Assembly (NCBI RefSeq): GCF_021028975.2 | Contig: NC_059434.1 | Location: 68,758,001-68,822,000, forward strand | Source of the DNA: Sphaerodactylus townsendi | Taxonomy: Eukaryota | Direction of reading: 5' to 3' | Length of the DNA stretch: 64,000 nt | Part shown: piece by piece, positions 25,501 to 34,721 of the stretch | How positions within the stretch are numbered: the first letter of the stretch is position 1 | Layout: each line of letters begins with the position of its first letter | The notes under the pieces: generated by a model | Seen by the model: only the letters and a program-made list of their open reading frames with translations | Databases searched by the model: none | What the model was told of the DNA's origin: nothing | Translations under genes and position numbers: made by a program

Positions 25501-28500
25501 GGATTTGTAATAACACTACGCAAATTTGCTAAAGAACAGAGAACAACCTCCTCAAACAAGACCAAAATTCAAGAATTCCAGAAACTAGCAGGGACTGACT
25601 TGCTGAAATAAATGTCCCTAGTCTTTAAGGTGCTACCGGACTTCTCTTTTGTTTTACTGGGGAATCAGCCTGTAATCCACCAGTCTAGCCTCTGCTAGTG
25701 CTTCAAGTCAGAATTCATTAAAGATCACCTCTCTATTTTTGCACTATGCTGCCACCACATGGTCAAATCATTTTTAAGGACACACTTCTAGATTAAATTG
25801 TCTTCCCAAAAATCTCATCCTCTAAGAAGTTCAAGTGCTGCACTAAAAGTGCCAGCTGGGCTAGAGAATAATATCCTCCTGACCCTTTAATAGAAGTTTA
25901 ATGGAATGTTATTTGTCAAGTGCTGTTATCATCTCTACACCATGAAAAGCTTCAGAGATCAATTTCCAAGCATTAAAGCTTCTATTAAGGAGAAACATTT
26001 AAAGGGTCATTTGCAAGAATAGGATCTGTTACTACCACGACTTATCTTCAGGTAAGCATTTTGCCTGATGACCTGATCATTGTTAGATTTTCCATTCAGA
26101 ATATGGCACTGTGTTAAGTGGTATGTGCAACCACACTTTTAATTCTGTTTGCAGTTCATGCACAAAGGGTCACCAGTTGGCTTGAAAAATAAAGTTCTGT
26201 CTCTTTAATAGCAGCTTTCTAATAGCGGAAAGTAGCTGTTGAAGCTTTTCATGGGCATGGGCTTAAATAACATCCCTTTAAGGAGGAGGAGGAGGAGAAG
26301 AGTTTAGGGAGAAGAAGAAGAATTTGGATGTATACCCTTCTTTTCTCAGCCATAAGGAGTCTCAAAGCACCTTACAAACTCCTTCCCTTCCTCTCCCCAC
26401 AACAGATACCTTGTGAGGTAGAGCAAGCCACAGAGAGAGAACTGTGGCTAGCTCAGTGTCACCCAGCAGGCTTCATGTGTAGAAGCAAGGTAACAAATCC
26501 AGTTCACCAGATTAGAATCTACCTGCTCTTTACCACTATACCATTATGGCTCTCTCTACTTGTAGGTTAATAAGGAGGAACTGTTGGAAACAATAAATGT
26601 TTTCCACTGTGCATAAATGGTTACCAAGCCAAGTTAACAAAACTGGAGGGTGCAATACAGAACTCCCAACACATTCATAACTGGAAAAAAATAATTTGAC
26701 TGTTTCACTAGGTTTCATCGTACCAAGATGATTGGCAGGATATATCGTATTCCAAGATAGCTATAAACCAGCATTGACGGTCAATCAAGATGTAAACAGG
26801 TTTCATTGCATTTGAGACTAACTGCAAAAATAGCTGTATATAGGTTTGTAGCATAAATTTTGTAAATTAAGCTAATACAGGCTAGTAGTAGGTCCCTAGA
26901 TAGGCAGGGAGAAATAGATCGATTTGTAGTCCTCCTGTTGTTGCAGAAACTTAGCCCATTCATGCAGAGGCGGAGCTACAAGGGGACTAGGGGTGCACAT
27001 TGCGCGAGGCGTGCCCTGAGGGGCAACAAAATTTCAAGGTTTGGTATTTTTTAGTGTTTTTCAGTTTTTGGCCTGCAGGGGGCGCAGTTTTAGGCTAGCA
27101 CAGGGGTACGGAATCTGCGGCTCTTATGCCCTTGCACTGCGGCTCCATGAGCTGAGCCGCTGGCCCCATCCTTGCGCGCCCTGCAGGCAGCAGGGCAGGC
27201 GCACCAACTGCCCGTGGCCGGCTGGGCCGTGCTGTGGGCTTCCCCTCTCGCCTGCCCCGTTCAGGGAAACGAGCCGCTGGCCCCATCCTTGCCCGCCCTG
27301 CAGGCAGCAGAGCGGACGCATCCATGCGCTTCTCAGAATGAGCGGAGTAAAAGGTAAAAAAGTGTTATCTTTATTTTAAATGTCAAAAAAATTATTTGCG
27401 GCTCCAAATGTTTTCTTTTCCCATGGAAAGCGGGTCCAAATGGCTCTTTTGAGTGTTAAAAGGTGTTGGTGTGCTAACCTTCCAAGGCCTTCTTGGCGAC
27501 CTGGGACCTCCGTACCCTCGCGGGGACCGATCTTACCCCCCCCCCATATGTTCCGGGCAGGCCTCTGCGCTCTCAGCAGGGGCCAACTTACCTAGTGATT
27601 CCCAGCCTGAGTGTCACGGCTGGCAGCCTCCCACCGGGCCAGAGCCTTTAGCTCTGGCCCTGCCCACCGGCAGGCAGCTCTTCCATCAGCCAGCCGGGCC
27701 CTGCCGGGGATCTTGCTGAGTCTCGCGAGGGCCTGTAAGTTGAGCTGTTCCACCGGGCCTTTGGGGAGACCAGCTGTTGATAGGGGCCCCCTTCCTCCTT
27801 CTTCCTTCCTCCTCTTTTTTTCTCCATTCTGACATCATGGAGATCCTGCCACCCTTTTTTTTGTTTGGGGTTATGGCAAATTAGTAGAGCCGCCATCCTG
27901 AGTTAATTAATGCTGCATTTTAAATGGGGAAGGGTTTATTTTTATTCTTATTAGAGCTGTTTTAACTTATATTTATCGTATTTAAAATGTTATTGTGCTC
28001 TATCCATGTTGTACACCGCCCTGAGCCCTTTGGGGAGGGCGGTTTATAAACTAAATAATAAATAAATAAAATAACAAATAAAAGGTGTTGGTGTTAACCT
28101 TCCAAGGCCTTCTTGGCGACCTGGGACCTCCGTACCCTCGCGGGGACGATCTTACCCCCCCCCCATATGTTCCGGCCAGGCCTCTGCGCTCTCAGCAGAG
28201 GCCAACTTACCTGGTGATTCCCAGCCCCGAGTGATACGGGTTAGCCTTCCACCCGGCCAGAGCCTTACAGCTCTGCCCCTGCCTGGTGTGAAATCTTCCA
28301 TCAGTTGTCCGGGCCCTATGATCTTGCTGAGTCTCGCGAGGGTCTGTAAGACTGAGCTGTCCCACCGGGCCTTTGACGAGACTAGCTGTTGATAGGGGCC
28401 CCCTTCCTCCTTCTTCCTTCCTCCTCTTTTTTTCTCCATACTGACATCATGGAGATCCTGCCACCCCTTTTGTTTGGGGTTATGGGAATTAGTAGAGGCC

Positions 28501-30103
28501 GCCATCCTGAGTTAATTAATGCTGCATTTTAAATGGGGAAGGGTTTATTTTTATTCTTATTAGAGCTGTTTTAACTTATATTTATCGTATTTAAAATGTT
28601 ATTGTGCTCTATCCATGTTGTACACCGCCCTGAGCCCTTTGGGGGAGGGCGGTTTATAAACCCAAATAATAAATAAATAAAAATAAATAAATAAAGGTTC
28701 CCTACCCCTGGGCTAGCAGAACCAAAATTTCAGGGAGTTTTCGAGGGACTATCCTGATGATACCGCCCAAGTTAGGTGAGGTTTGGTTCAGGGGGGTCCA
28801 AAGTTATGGACTCCCAAAGGGAGCTAGTAGGAGATGGGGGCTACACCTTTGAGAGTCCATAACTTTGGACCCCCTGAACCAAACTTCACCAAACCTGGCT
28901 GGTATCATCAGGATAGTCTCCTAAAGATACCCTGAAATTTTGATGCTGCTAGCCTAAAAACTGCACTCCTTGCAGGCTGAAAACTGAAAAAACACTAAAA
29001 ATACAAAAAACACAAATGAACGGGGGGGCAGATTTTGCACTGGGCTCCATTTTCCCTAGCTACACCTCGGCATTCATGCCCCTCAAAAATGGTGGTGATG
29101 AGATAATGCCATTATTATATCTGCATTGTTTTTCTTCTCCCTAACCTAAATTCAGAGGCGCGTGTTGGATATACTGCTAGTTTTTCCACCCAGCTTGTTT
29201 CAGTGTACAGCCCATTTGCATCCCCTTCATTCACTGGTGGTGCGTGGAAACTCACCCATTCACTCAGGAGAGAGAAACATTTGTATTCTGTTGTAGTTGA
29301 ACTTGAAGGGAGACATTTCTGAAGAGAAAAGAAAATGAGAAATGGATTATAGACCAGTGAGGTGAGGAAAGAGGGGTGTAGTAAGGTGCAAAAATAGAAG
29401 CTGTATATAGAGATGTGAAGTGATGGACGAAGATGCAAAGAGAATGTTGAAGGTGTCAGAAGAATGCATGGACTAGAGATGAACAGAGAAACAAGAGATA
29501 TGGTTGACAAATAAGGCTATGGCAAGAATCAAAGTATGGACAATGGATGTGTAGCATCATAATAAATGCTCTTATTGCAATAAGTATTAACTTAGTAAAC
29601 TTTTAGGAGCTCAAGATAATGACTAACAGAGCAATGCAACCCTTCAGTGAGAAAAAGATATATAATTAGTGATTTGGGTTGTATTACAGTGGTGGGATTC
29701 AAATAATTTAACAACCGGTTCCAGTGGTGGGATTCAAATAATTTAACAACTGGTTGTTTACAAGCAGCATTTTAACAACCGGTTCTGCCGAAGTGGTGCG
29801 AACCTGCTGAATCCCACCACTGGTTGTATACCAGAGTGTGTGGTATGATCAATAAGTTACTCTTTCCTACTGATAGCAAACTCAAGGTCCTTGGTGCAGT
29901 CTGAAATTCATATATACCATGTCCCTGTAGGACAGAAGTTGGGGTAAAGTCTTCAGTGTGTTGAGGGAAGGAAAGACTCCAATAATTGTCCTTGACATAG
30001 TTGAGCATAGTTCCACTGATTTTTACAGACCATTTTCCGGCTTTGTGGCTGCCTTCATCCTCAGCAATGTAAATGTGTGTGCAATTGCAGTCTCTTTTTT
30101 CAT
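13437..30103 (-). CDS. Uncharacterised Sel1-like-repeat (SLR) single-pass membrane protein, 200 aa, 6 coding exons: 30103-30031, 23816-23656, 17449-17308, 16486-16441, 15139-15053, 13530-13437
   Basis: All five introns are GT-AG with matching phases (1,0,1,2,2); the CDS totals 603 nt. Protein: MKKETAIAHTFTLLRMKAATKPENGIKSLLKRTRRDTKLVMVQRKQMGRSQACPPAKIWETNISQRGKKPPSEWSKWELLTIFGTVFLLLYILLCYENFHFHVAHMYAHLGYPNAQHIVGQRYLTGAGVQKNEEKAMQWFSQAAEKGHPHSSFNLAVGKLKNMTMDLGEGEVEKLLSVAAGHGLHEAQNLLENIRNRNQA*. AQHIVGQRYLTGAGVQKNEEKAMQWFSQAAEKGH fits the Sel1 consensus. The start codon and first exon are the least certain part. Confidence 0.85.
14253..14505. mobile_element. Tc1/mariner-pogo type MITE
   Basis: TA-flanked TIR CCGTGTTT..CCGAAAATAAGACA; near-identical copy at 30869-31119. 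Confidence 0.85.
15053..15139 (-). CDS. SLR gene exon (QAAEKGHPHSSFNLAVGKLKNMTMDLGE-G)
   Basis: ttctctcacag acceptor, GG|gtaagt donor, 87 nt. Confidence 0.9.
16441..16486 (-). CDS. SLR gene exon (GAGVQKNEEKAMQWF-S)
   Basis: taccag acceptor, AG|gtaagg donor, 46 nt; core of the Sel1 repeat. Confidence 0.9.
16914..17070. mobile_element. hAT-type MITE
   Basis: TIR CAGAGGCATAG / CTATGCCTCTG; perfect 8-bp TSD CACTCCCC. Confidence 0.88.
17308..17449 (-). CDS. SLR gene exon: TM helix and start of Sel1 repeat (LLTIFGTVFLLLYILLCYENFHFHVAHMYAHLGYPNAQHIVGQRYLT)
   Basis: ctttcag acceptor, G|gtagg donor, 142 nt. Confidence 0.9.
18245..18470 (-). mobile_element. Squam3-type tRNA SINE
   Basis: Homologous to 24272-24575; (GAA)n tail seen on the + strand. 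Confidence 0.75.
18873..19168 (+). mobile_element. Squam3-type tRNA SINE
   Basis: A/B boxes TGGTGCAGTGG and GGTTTGATTCC; L2-like tail; (TTC)n. Confidence 0.85.
19262..19558 (-). mobile_element. Squam3-type tRNA SINE
   Basis: Full-length, closely similar to 24272-24575. Confidence 0.85.
21232..21372. mobile_element. PIF/Harbinger-type MITE; second copy at about 30710-30858
   Basis: TIR ..TTCCGCACATGCAGAATAA; 3-bp TTA duplication. Confidence 0.75.
22156..22437. other. Assembly gap (282 N) inside an intron of the SLR gene
   Basis: Run of N. Confidence 1.
23656..23816 (-). CDS. SLR gene exon (GIKSLLKR...SEWSKWE)
   Basis: cttcacag acceptor, GAG|gtgag donor, 161 nt; lies within ORF 23644..23829. 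Confidence 0.8.
24272..24575 (+). mobile_element. Full-length young Squam3-type (gecko Squam3C-like) SINE
   Basis: GGAGCAGCAGTGGCGTAGGAGGTTAAGAGC head, B box GGTTTGATTCC, CpGs retained, tail ATAAATCCAAACTC(TTC)n. Confidence 0.88.
26310..26550 (-). mobile_element. Squam3-type SINE
   Basis: Homology to the other copies. Confidence 0.75.
27101..28710. mobile_element. Second hAT element nested in the first
   Basis: TIRs CAGGGGTACGGAA / TTCCCTACCCCTG; perfect TSD GGCTAGCA. Confidence 0.85.
27459..28697 (+). mobile_element. Two tandem 5'-truncated L2 LINE copies (about 620 bp each) with (AAAT)n tails, nested in the second hAT element
   Basis: RAFS...RAL...RACK L2 C-terminal motif; CGCCCTGAGCCCTTTGGGGAGGGCGG stem-loop; AAAGGT at all three junctions. 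Confidence 0.85.
29687..29822. mobile_element. hAT-type MITE, same family as 976-1111 in the opposite orientation
   Basis: TIR CAGTGGTGGGATTC; imperfect GTTGTAT(T)A duplication. Confidence 0.85.
30031..30103 (-). CDS. SLR gene, putative first coding exon (MKKETAIAHTFTLLRMKAATKPEN-G); acceptor gives exon start 30169 and the frame is open upstream of the ATG
   Basis: ggattcag acceptor; G|gtctgt phase-1 donor matches the phase-1 acceptor of the next exon. Confidence 0.6.
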
Positions 30104-30868
30104 TATACGGTACTCTTGGGGAATATCCTCTTGGTTCTGCTGCAATTCTGATGCAGCTTTAATTGGAATCTGAATCCAGTGAGAAAAATTAACATAAGAG
30201 AGTGAGAAGCATTGTCTGTAGAATAAAGGCCCAGGCTCAGACCAAGATTCAAGGGGGAGAGAGGTGTCAACTCAAGCTAAAAGGAAAAAAGAATGGTGGG
30301 TAGGGTTAAAACTGCCTAGGGGCAATGATGAAACTGCCTGGGGCCATTAGCAAGATAATTTCAAGCGTTCATATACCCAGCTGTGGGCAGTCAACCCTTT
30401 CTTATTAAGAAAGATAATGGAGGATAACACCCATTGCTTGATCTTTAAAAAGCATCTGCCTTAATTCTCAATTTGATCAAACAGCTTGTAATTTCTCAGT
30501 GCACTAAAGAAAGGCAAAAGAAAGGCAGTGCACAAAAGAAAGGTCATCTCAATGCCTTCTAAGATTCAAGGACTTGGCCTTAGTATTTGAAAGCAAAAGT
30601 AGGTGAAAGACCATCAACTGCATCAAGATAGTACTTTCCTGTGTCATAGTTGTGAACAGGTGTCAAGCCATTAACAGAAATACTGAATGGACAATTTGCT
30701 TGCTGGTTGAGTTTCCGCACATGCAGAATAATGCACTTTCAATCCACTTTCACAATTGTTTGCAAGCGGATTTTGCTATTCCGCACAGTAAAACCCAGCT
30801 GCAAAGTGAATTAAAAGTGGATTGAAAGTGCATTATTCTGCATGTGCAGAAGGGGCCTTTGATACCTA

Positions 30869-31119
30869 CCGTGTTTCCCCGAAAATAATACAGTGTCTTA
30901 TATTAATTTTTGCTCCCAAAGATGTGCTATGTCTTATTTTCAGGGAATGTCTTATTTTTCCGCTCCACAGCTGCATGCTCTGGTGTTCTGTTCAACAGGC
31001 ATGCTTCCCAACAAAAACTTTGCTATGTCTTACTTTTGGGGGATGTTTTATATTTAGCACTTCAGCAAAACCTCTACTACATCTTATTCTCAGGGAATGT
31101 CTTATATTCAGGGAAACGG
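30869..31119. mobile_element. Tc1/mariner-pogo type MITE
   Basis: TA flanks; copy of 14253-14505. Confidence 0.85.
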
Positions 31120-31864
31120 TAATTCAAATGAGAGGCAAAGGGACCTGACTTGCATCCACTCACTTGTATGTGTGTGTGTGGGGGGGGGGGGGGGCTGTCA
31201 GGTCACAGCCAGTTTATGGTGAGCCCATAGGGTTTTCATGGCAAGAGACGTTTGAAGGTAGTTTGCTATTGCCTGCCTCTGCATCACAATCCCGTTATTC
31301 CCTTGGAGGTCTCCCATGCAAATACTTACAATGGTCAACCCTGCTTAGCTTCTGAACTTTGATGAGATCAGGTTAGGGCATTGATTCACTCAGCACCTAC
31401 TTTAAACTGGGGTTTCTGATCTCAATGCAAAAAAGCAGTTTGCACAAGAATGCTTGTGGCTCCCCACCACCAATCTTTGGCATGCTTACTGCTTTTCATG
31501 CTTCATTTAAACAAGGCACTGGGTGATTGCAAACTTGCACGTGTGAGCTGTTTTCTGCACTGTCACTGTCCCACCGAAATCTGTCCTAGATTTAGTGGTT
31601 TGCAAGAAAAACTGTCAGCTTTTGAAACAAGTTTAGCTGATCTGGTGCAATAATGAAGTACATATTACAAGAGCATCCTAAGCTTCCAAGATGCCCAGGC
31701 GGCAAAGCTGCCCCCATTACTTTGCTGGTGGAACTGAATAATATGTCACAATGTCTTATGCTTCCACTTAGTAATATTGCATGTATTCAAATACATTTTA
31801 GGTATATTGTGATCTTAGTAGATGGGGTCATAGCAGAGGGGGACGGAACCATCTGTAATATTTA

Positions 31865-32108
31865 TGCAAAACTAAGGGTGTTTTAGCGGATTTGCTTTCA
31901 AAATGTGTAGAAAACTAGGAGCATTTCAGCGAATTTGCTTTCAAAATGTGTGTTTTAAGCAGATTTGATTTCAAAATGTGTACAAAAATTTGCTTTAAAA
32001 TGTGTATTTATAGCAGATTTGCTTTAAAATGTGTGTAAAGCGGATTTGCTTTAAAAATGTGTGCAAAACTAAGGGTATTTTAGCGGATTTGCTTTAAAAA
32101 TGTGTGTA
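31865..32108. repeat. Irregular tandem array of 7 copies of (GCGG)ATTTGCTTT(C)AAAATGTGT next to the H2AZ1 CpG island
   Basis: Copies at about 31887, 31930, 31960, 31988, 32013, 32040, 32083; linker AAAACTAAGGGT.TTTTA occurs three times. Confidence 0.9.
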
Positions 32109-32149
32109 TTGGGGATGAAATGCTTAAGCTCCGTTCTCTGTTATTTTCT

Positions 32150-33120
32150 GCTCAAATTGAGTCTGCGCGGTTTTTTATTAAGAAACCCAAAATTATTTGG
32201 AGACGGACATTCCATCTGCATTTGTTGATTCGCGACGGATACGGCTCCCATAATGGAGACAAGAGACTAAATGTTGGAATCAGGTCCGGCCGCCCCACGA
32301 GGGGCACGCCCAGTCAAAAATTCGCCTCATGCTGATGAGGCGAGGCTTTAACCGTAGGCGGGACTCCAGAAGGCCGACCAGCAACGCTTCTCCGGGGACA
32401 ACGGAGTCCTCCCCCACCCTGTTCCTGATTGGCCCAATAGGAAGCCAGAGATACCCCCCCCCCCTTCGCTGCGATAGGCTCGCTCGGCGAATCTTGTCCC
32501 CCGGATGTGTGTACGTTAGAACTGGTATAAAAGGTTCCTGAAAGGGCGGGAGCGGAGGCAGTTTTGAATTGCGACGGGGTAAGAAGGAGAGAAGAGGCCC
32601 GTCTTCTGTGGCTTCCCATCTACAAACCGCCTCCCTCCGTAACGACAAGCTCTTCTTCGTAATGGTAAGCAGCTCTCCTGTTGTCTATGGATCGGAGGCA
32701 AGCGTTGAGGAGGAAGGGATGAGCGGCAACGAGGCAATACTTTGTGGAGAACGTTAAAATTACTTATAGAATAGCAAAGAAAGAAGATAAAGCTGAACTG
32801 GAAGGGCGCGGTCAGACTACCGCTATTGCCTGTCGGCGAGCATACCTTCTACGCATGCGCTTTCATAGTGATACCGGGCGCATGCGCTAAGAACGGGAAG
32901 GTGCGGGAGGGGAACTGTGCAGGCATGGTTTTATGTGCGCATGCGTGGACCTTTGTTCTGGCCTCTAAAATGTACATGATGCTTGGGGATGCGAGATGCT
33001 CACTTGCTGCTTTCTTTCCTCTTCGCGTTAGGCTGGGGGCAAAGCCGGGAAGGACTCTGGCAAGACCAAAACTAAGACGGTGTCTCGTTCGCAGAGAGCT
33101 GGCTTACAGGTGAGCATGTG
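32150..33120. promoter_or_regulatory. CpG-island promoter of H2AZ1, probably bidirectional: back-to-back CCAAT boxes (ATTGG 32428-32432, CCAAT 32434-32438), TATAAAA 32526-32532, GC box, TSS near 32558, three NRF1-type GCGCATGCG sites in intron 1
   Basis: High CpG density; motifs read directly; TATA lies about 30 bp before gcagttttgaatt. Confidence 0.85.
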
Positions 33121-34349
33121 GGAGAGGTTCGGGTGGGCCCTTGTTTTTCAGATTTTGTCCTTTCCCTGTTCTGGACGGTGGGCCATTGTGGGCTACAAAA
33201 TGCGACTATGGCTAGTGGTTGCCGCACCACCTACATGTGTTGCATATTTACCTTATAGTTGTATTCCGAAAATTCCCATTTGAAACTTCCTGTTTCAAGA
33301 ATGCTGTGGAAAGTAGAAGCTGAAACTAAAGTTGGCTTGTCCTTGCATTGTAACGATTTCTTCTTCGTGTACAGTTCCCTGTTGGTCGCATTCATCGGCA
33401 TTTAAAGTCAAGGACTACAAGTCATGGACGAGTTGGGGCTACAGCTGCTGTATACAGTGCTGCAATCCTGGAATACCTTACAGCTGAGGTAAGAGCCACT
33501 TCATTTTTATGTATTTATTTCATTTGATAGTTCGCCCTTTGCCATATAGGCGCAGGGCAGTTGACAACAATAAAATTACTTAATTGTATCCTGGCACCAT
33601 AATCTCTACTAAGGAATAAAAATTAAGATTTGAACTCTACCCCTTAAAACAAACATTCACACTAATATGAAGGAAAAGGATGGGGAGGCCAGTACAGGAA
33701 TACCATTGTTGTCTTTGACCCGCTCTGTCTTACAGGCCCCGAGAAATTGTGTCAAGTTTTGCAGGGCCAGGGTATTTTGCCTCTGCTGTTCTCTGTGATG
33801 CCAGAGTTGTGGGAGGCTGTGATTGTGTTGAAACAAGCAGCCAGAAATGATTTGCAGAACTAATCAGAATGTCCATTAATAATAGGAAACTGGTATCTCA
33901 ACAGCTGGTTCATTCTGGTAACTAAAAGCTAGTCAAAGTAATGGTGCATCTCTTTTGAAAACAGTATTTGGTATGTTTGAAGAAATGCTCCCCAACTTAC
34001 AGTAAAATTTTCATTGCAGGTACTTGAGTTAGCAGGAAATGCATCCAAAGACTTGAAAGTGAAGCGAATTACACCCCGTCACTTGCAGCTTGCAATCCGA
34101 GGAGATGAAGAACTTGATTCTCTCATCAAGGCAACAATTGCTGGTGGAGGTATGTATCCACTTGAATAATACAAAGTCTCTTGTCATTGTACAGTAGAGT
34201 AGCTTTATTCTAATGTGATAAAAAATATGGACTGTTAATGATTTTTCATTTCAAAAAATTGATGTAACTTTTTTCTTGCTGCCTTAGGTGTAATTCCACA
34301 TATCCATAAATCTCTCATTGGAAAGAAAGGGCAACAGAAAACGGTTTAA
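32662..34349 (+). CDS. H2AZ1: Histone H2A.Z.1, 128 aa; exons 32662-32664, 33032-33109, 33375-33488, 34020-34149, 34288-34349
   Basis: Spliced CDS of 387 nt: [129 protein letters not shown]14, S38 and V127 are diagnostic of isoform Z.1. ATG-only first coding exon; adjacent to DNAJB14 as in other vertebrates. Confidence 0.98.
33032..33109 (+). CDS. H2AZ1: H2AZ1 exon 2
   Basis: ttag|GCT...CAG|gtgagc, [11 protein letters not shown]...RAGLQ. Confidence 0.97.
33375..33488 (+). CDS. H2AZ1: H2AZ1 exon 3
   Basis: acag|TTC...GAG|gtaaga, FPVGRIHRH...EYLTAE. Confidence 0.97.
34020..34149 (+). CDS. H2AZ1: H2AZ1 exon 4
   Basis: gcag|GTA...G|gtatgt, VLELAGN...TIAGG. Confidence 0.97.
34288..34349 (+). CDS. 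H2AZ1: H2AZ1 exon 5 (coding part)
   Basis: ttag|GT GTA...[26 protein letters not shown]. Confidence 0.97.
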
Positions 34350-34721
34350 AGGATGTCTGAATTCCTTTTTTGGACTCTTAAGTGCTCGGTTGTCCAGTGT
34401 TGGTGGGTTTCCAGTGGACTACATCTGTGAAACACAACTTTGCCTTTCTGTAGCCTTGAAGCTGAAGCTCATTGAGTTTTCTAACAAACCAAAATTCCTC
34501 ATTTGAAGTCTTAACCTTATTTAAGTGTTACATGGCTTCAGAGAAGCTGTTGTCTGTAGTGGTTCCTGACTGTTTTTAGGAATGTTGGATTTTAATGAGA
34601 TTCATTACTGTGTTGCTGATTTTTTTATGCTTCAAGTTCCTTTATTCAAATTTTTGCAGCTGTAAGCTAACATTTAACTACAAGAGACTATGTACACTAA
34701 GAATCCAAGCTGTTGAACAGT

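Larger units (their letters stand above)
26965..29070. mobile_element. Foldback non-autonomous hAT element (outer layer of nested insertion)
   Basis: TIRs CAGAGGCGGAGCTA / TAGCTACACCTCGG; perfect TSD CATTCATG; long internal inverted arms. Confidence 0.85.

Noticed and set aside
31865-32108. Repeat-spacer pattern resembling a CRISPR array
   Set aside because: Vertebrate DNA; linkers are short, variable in length and related to each other; no cas genes. It is a degenerate minisatellite.
32662-34349. H2A.Z.2 (H2AZ2) or a processed pseudogene
   Set aside because: T14, S38 and V127, intact introns and adjacency to DNAJB14 identify H2AZ1.
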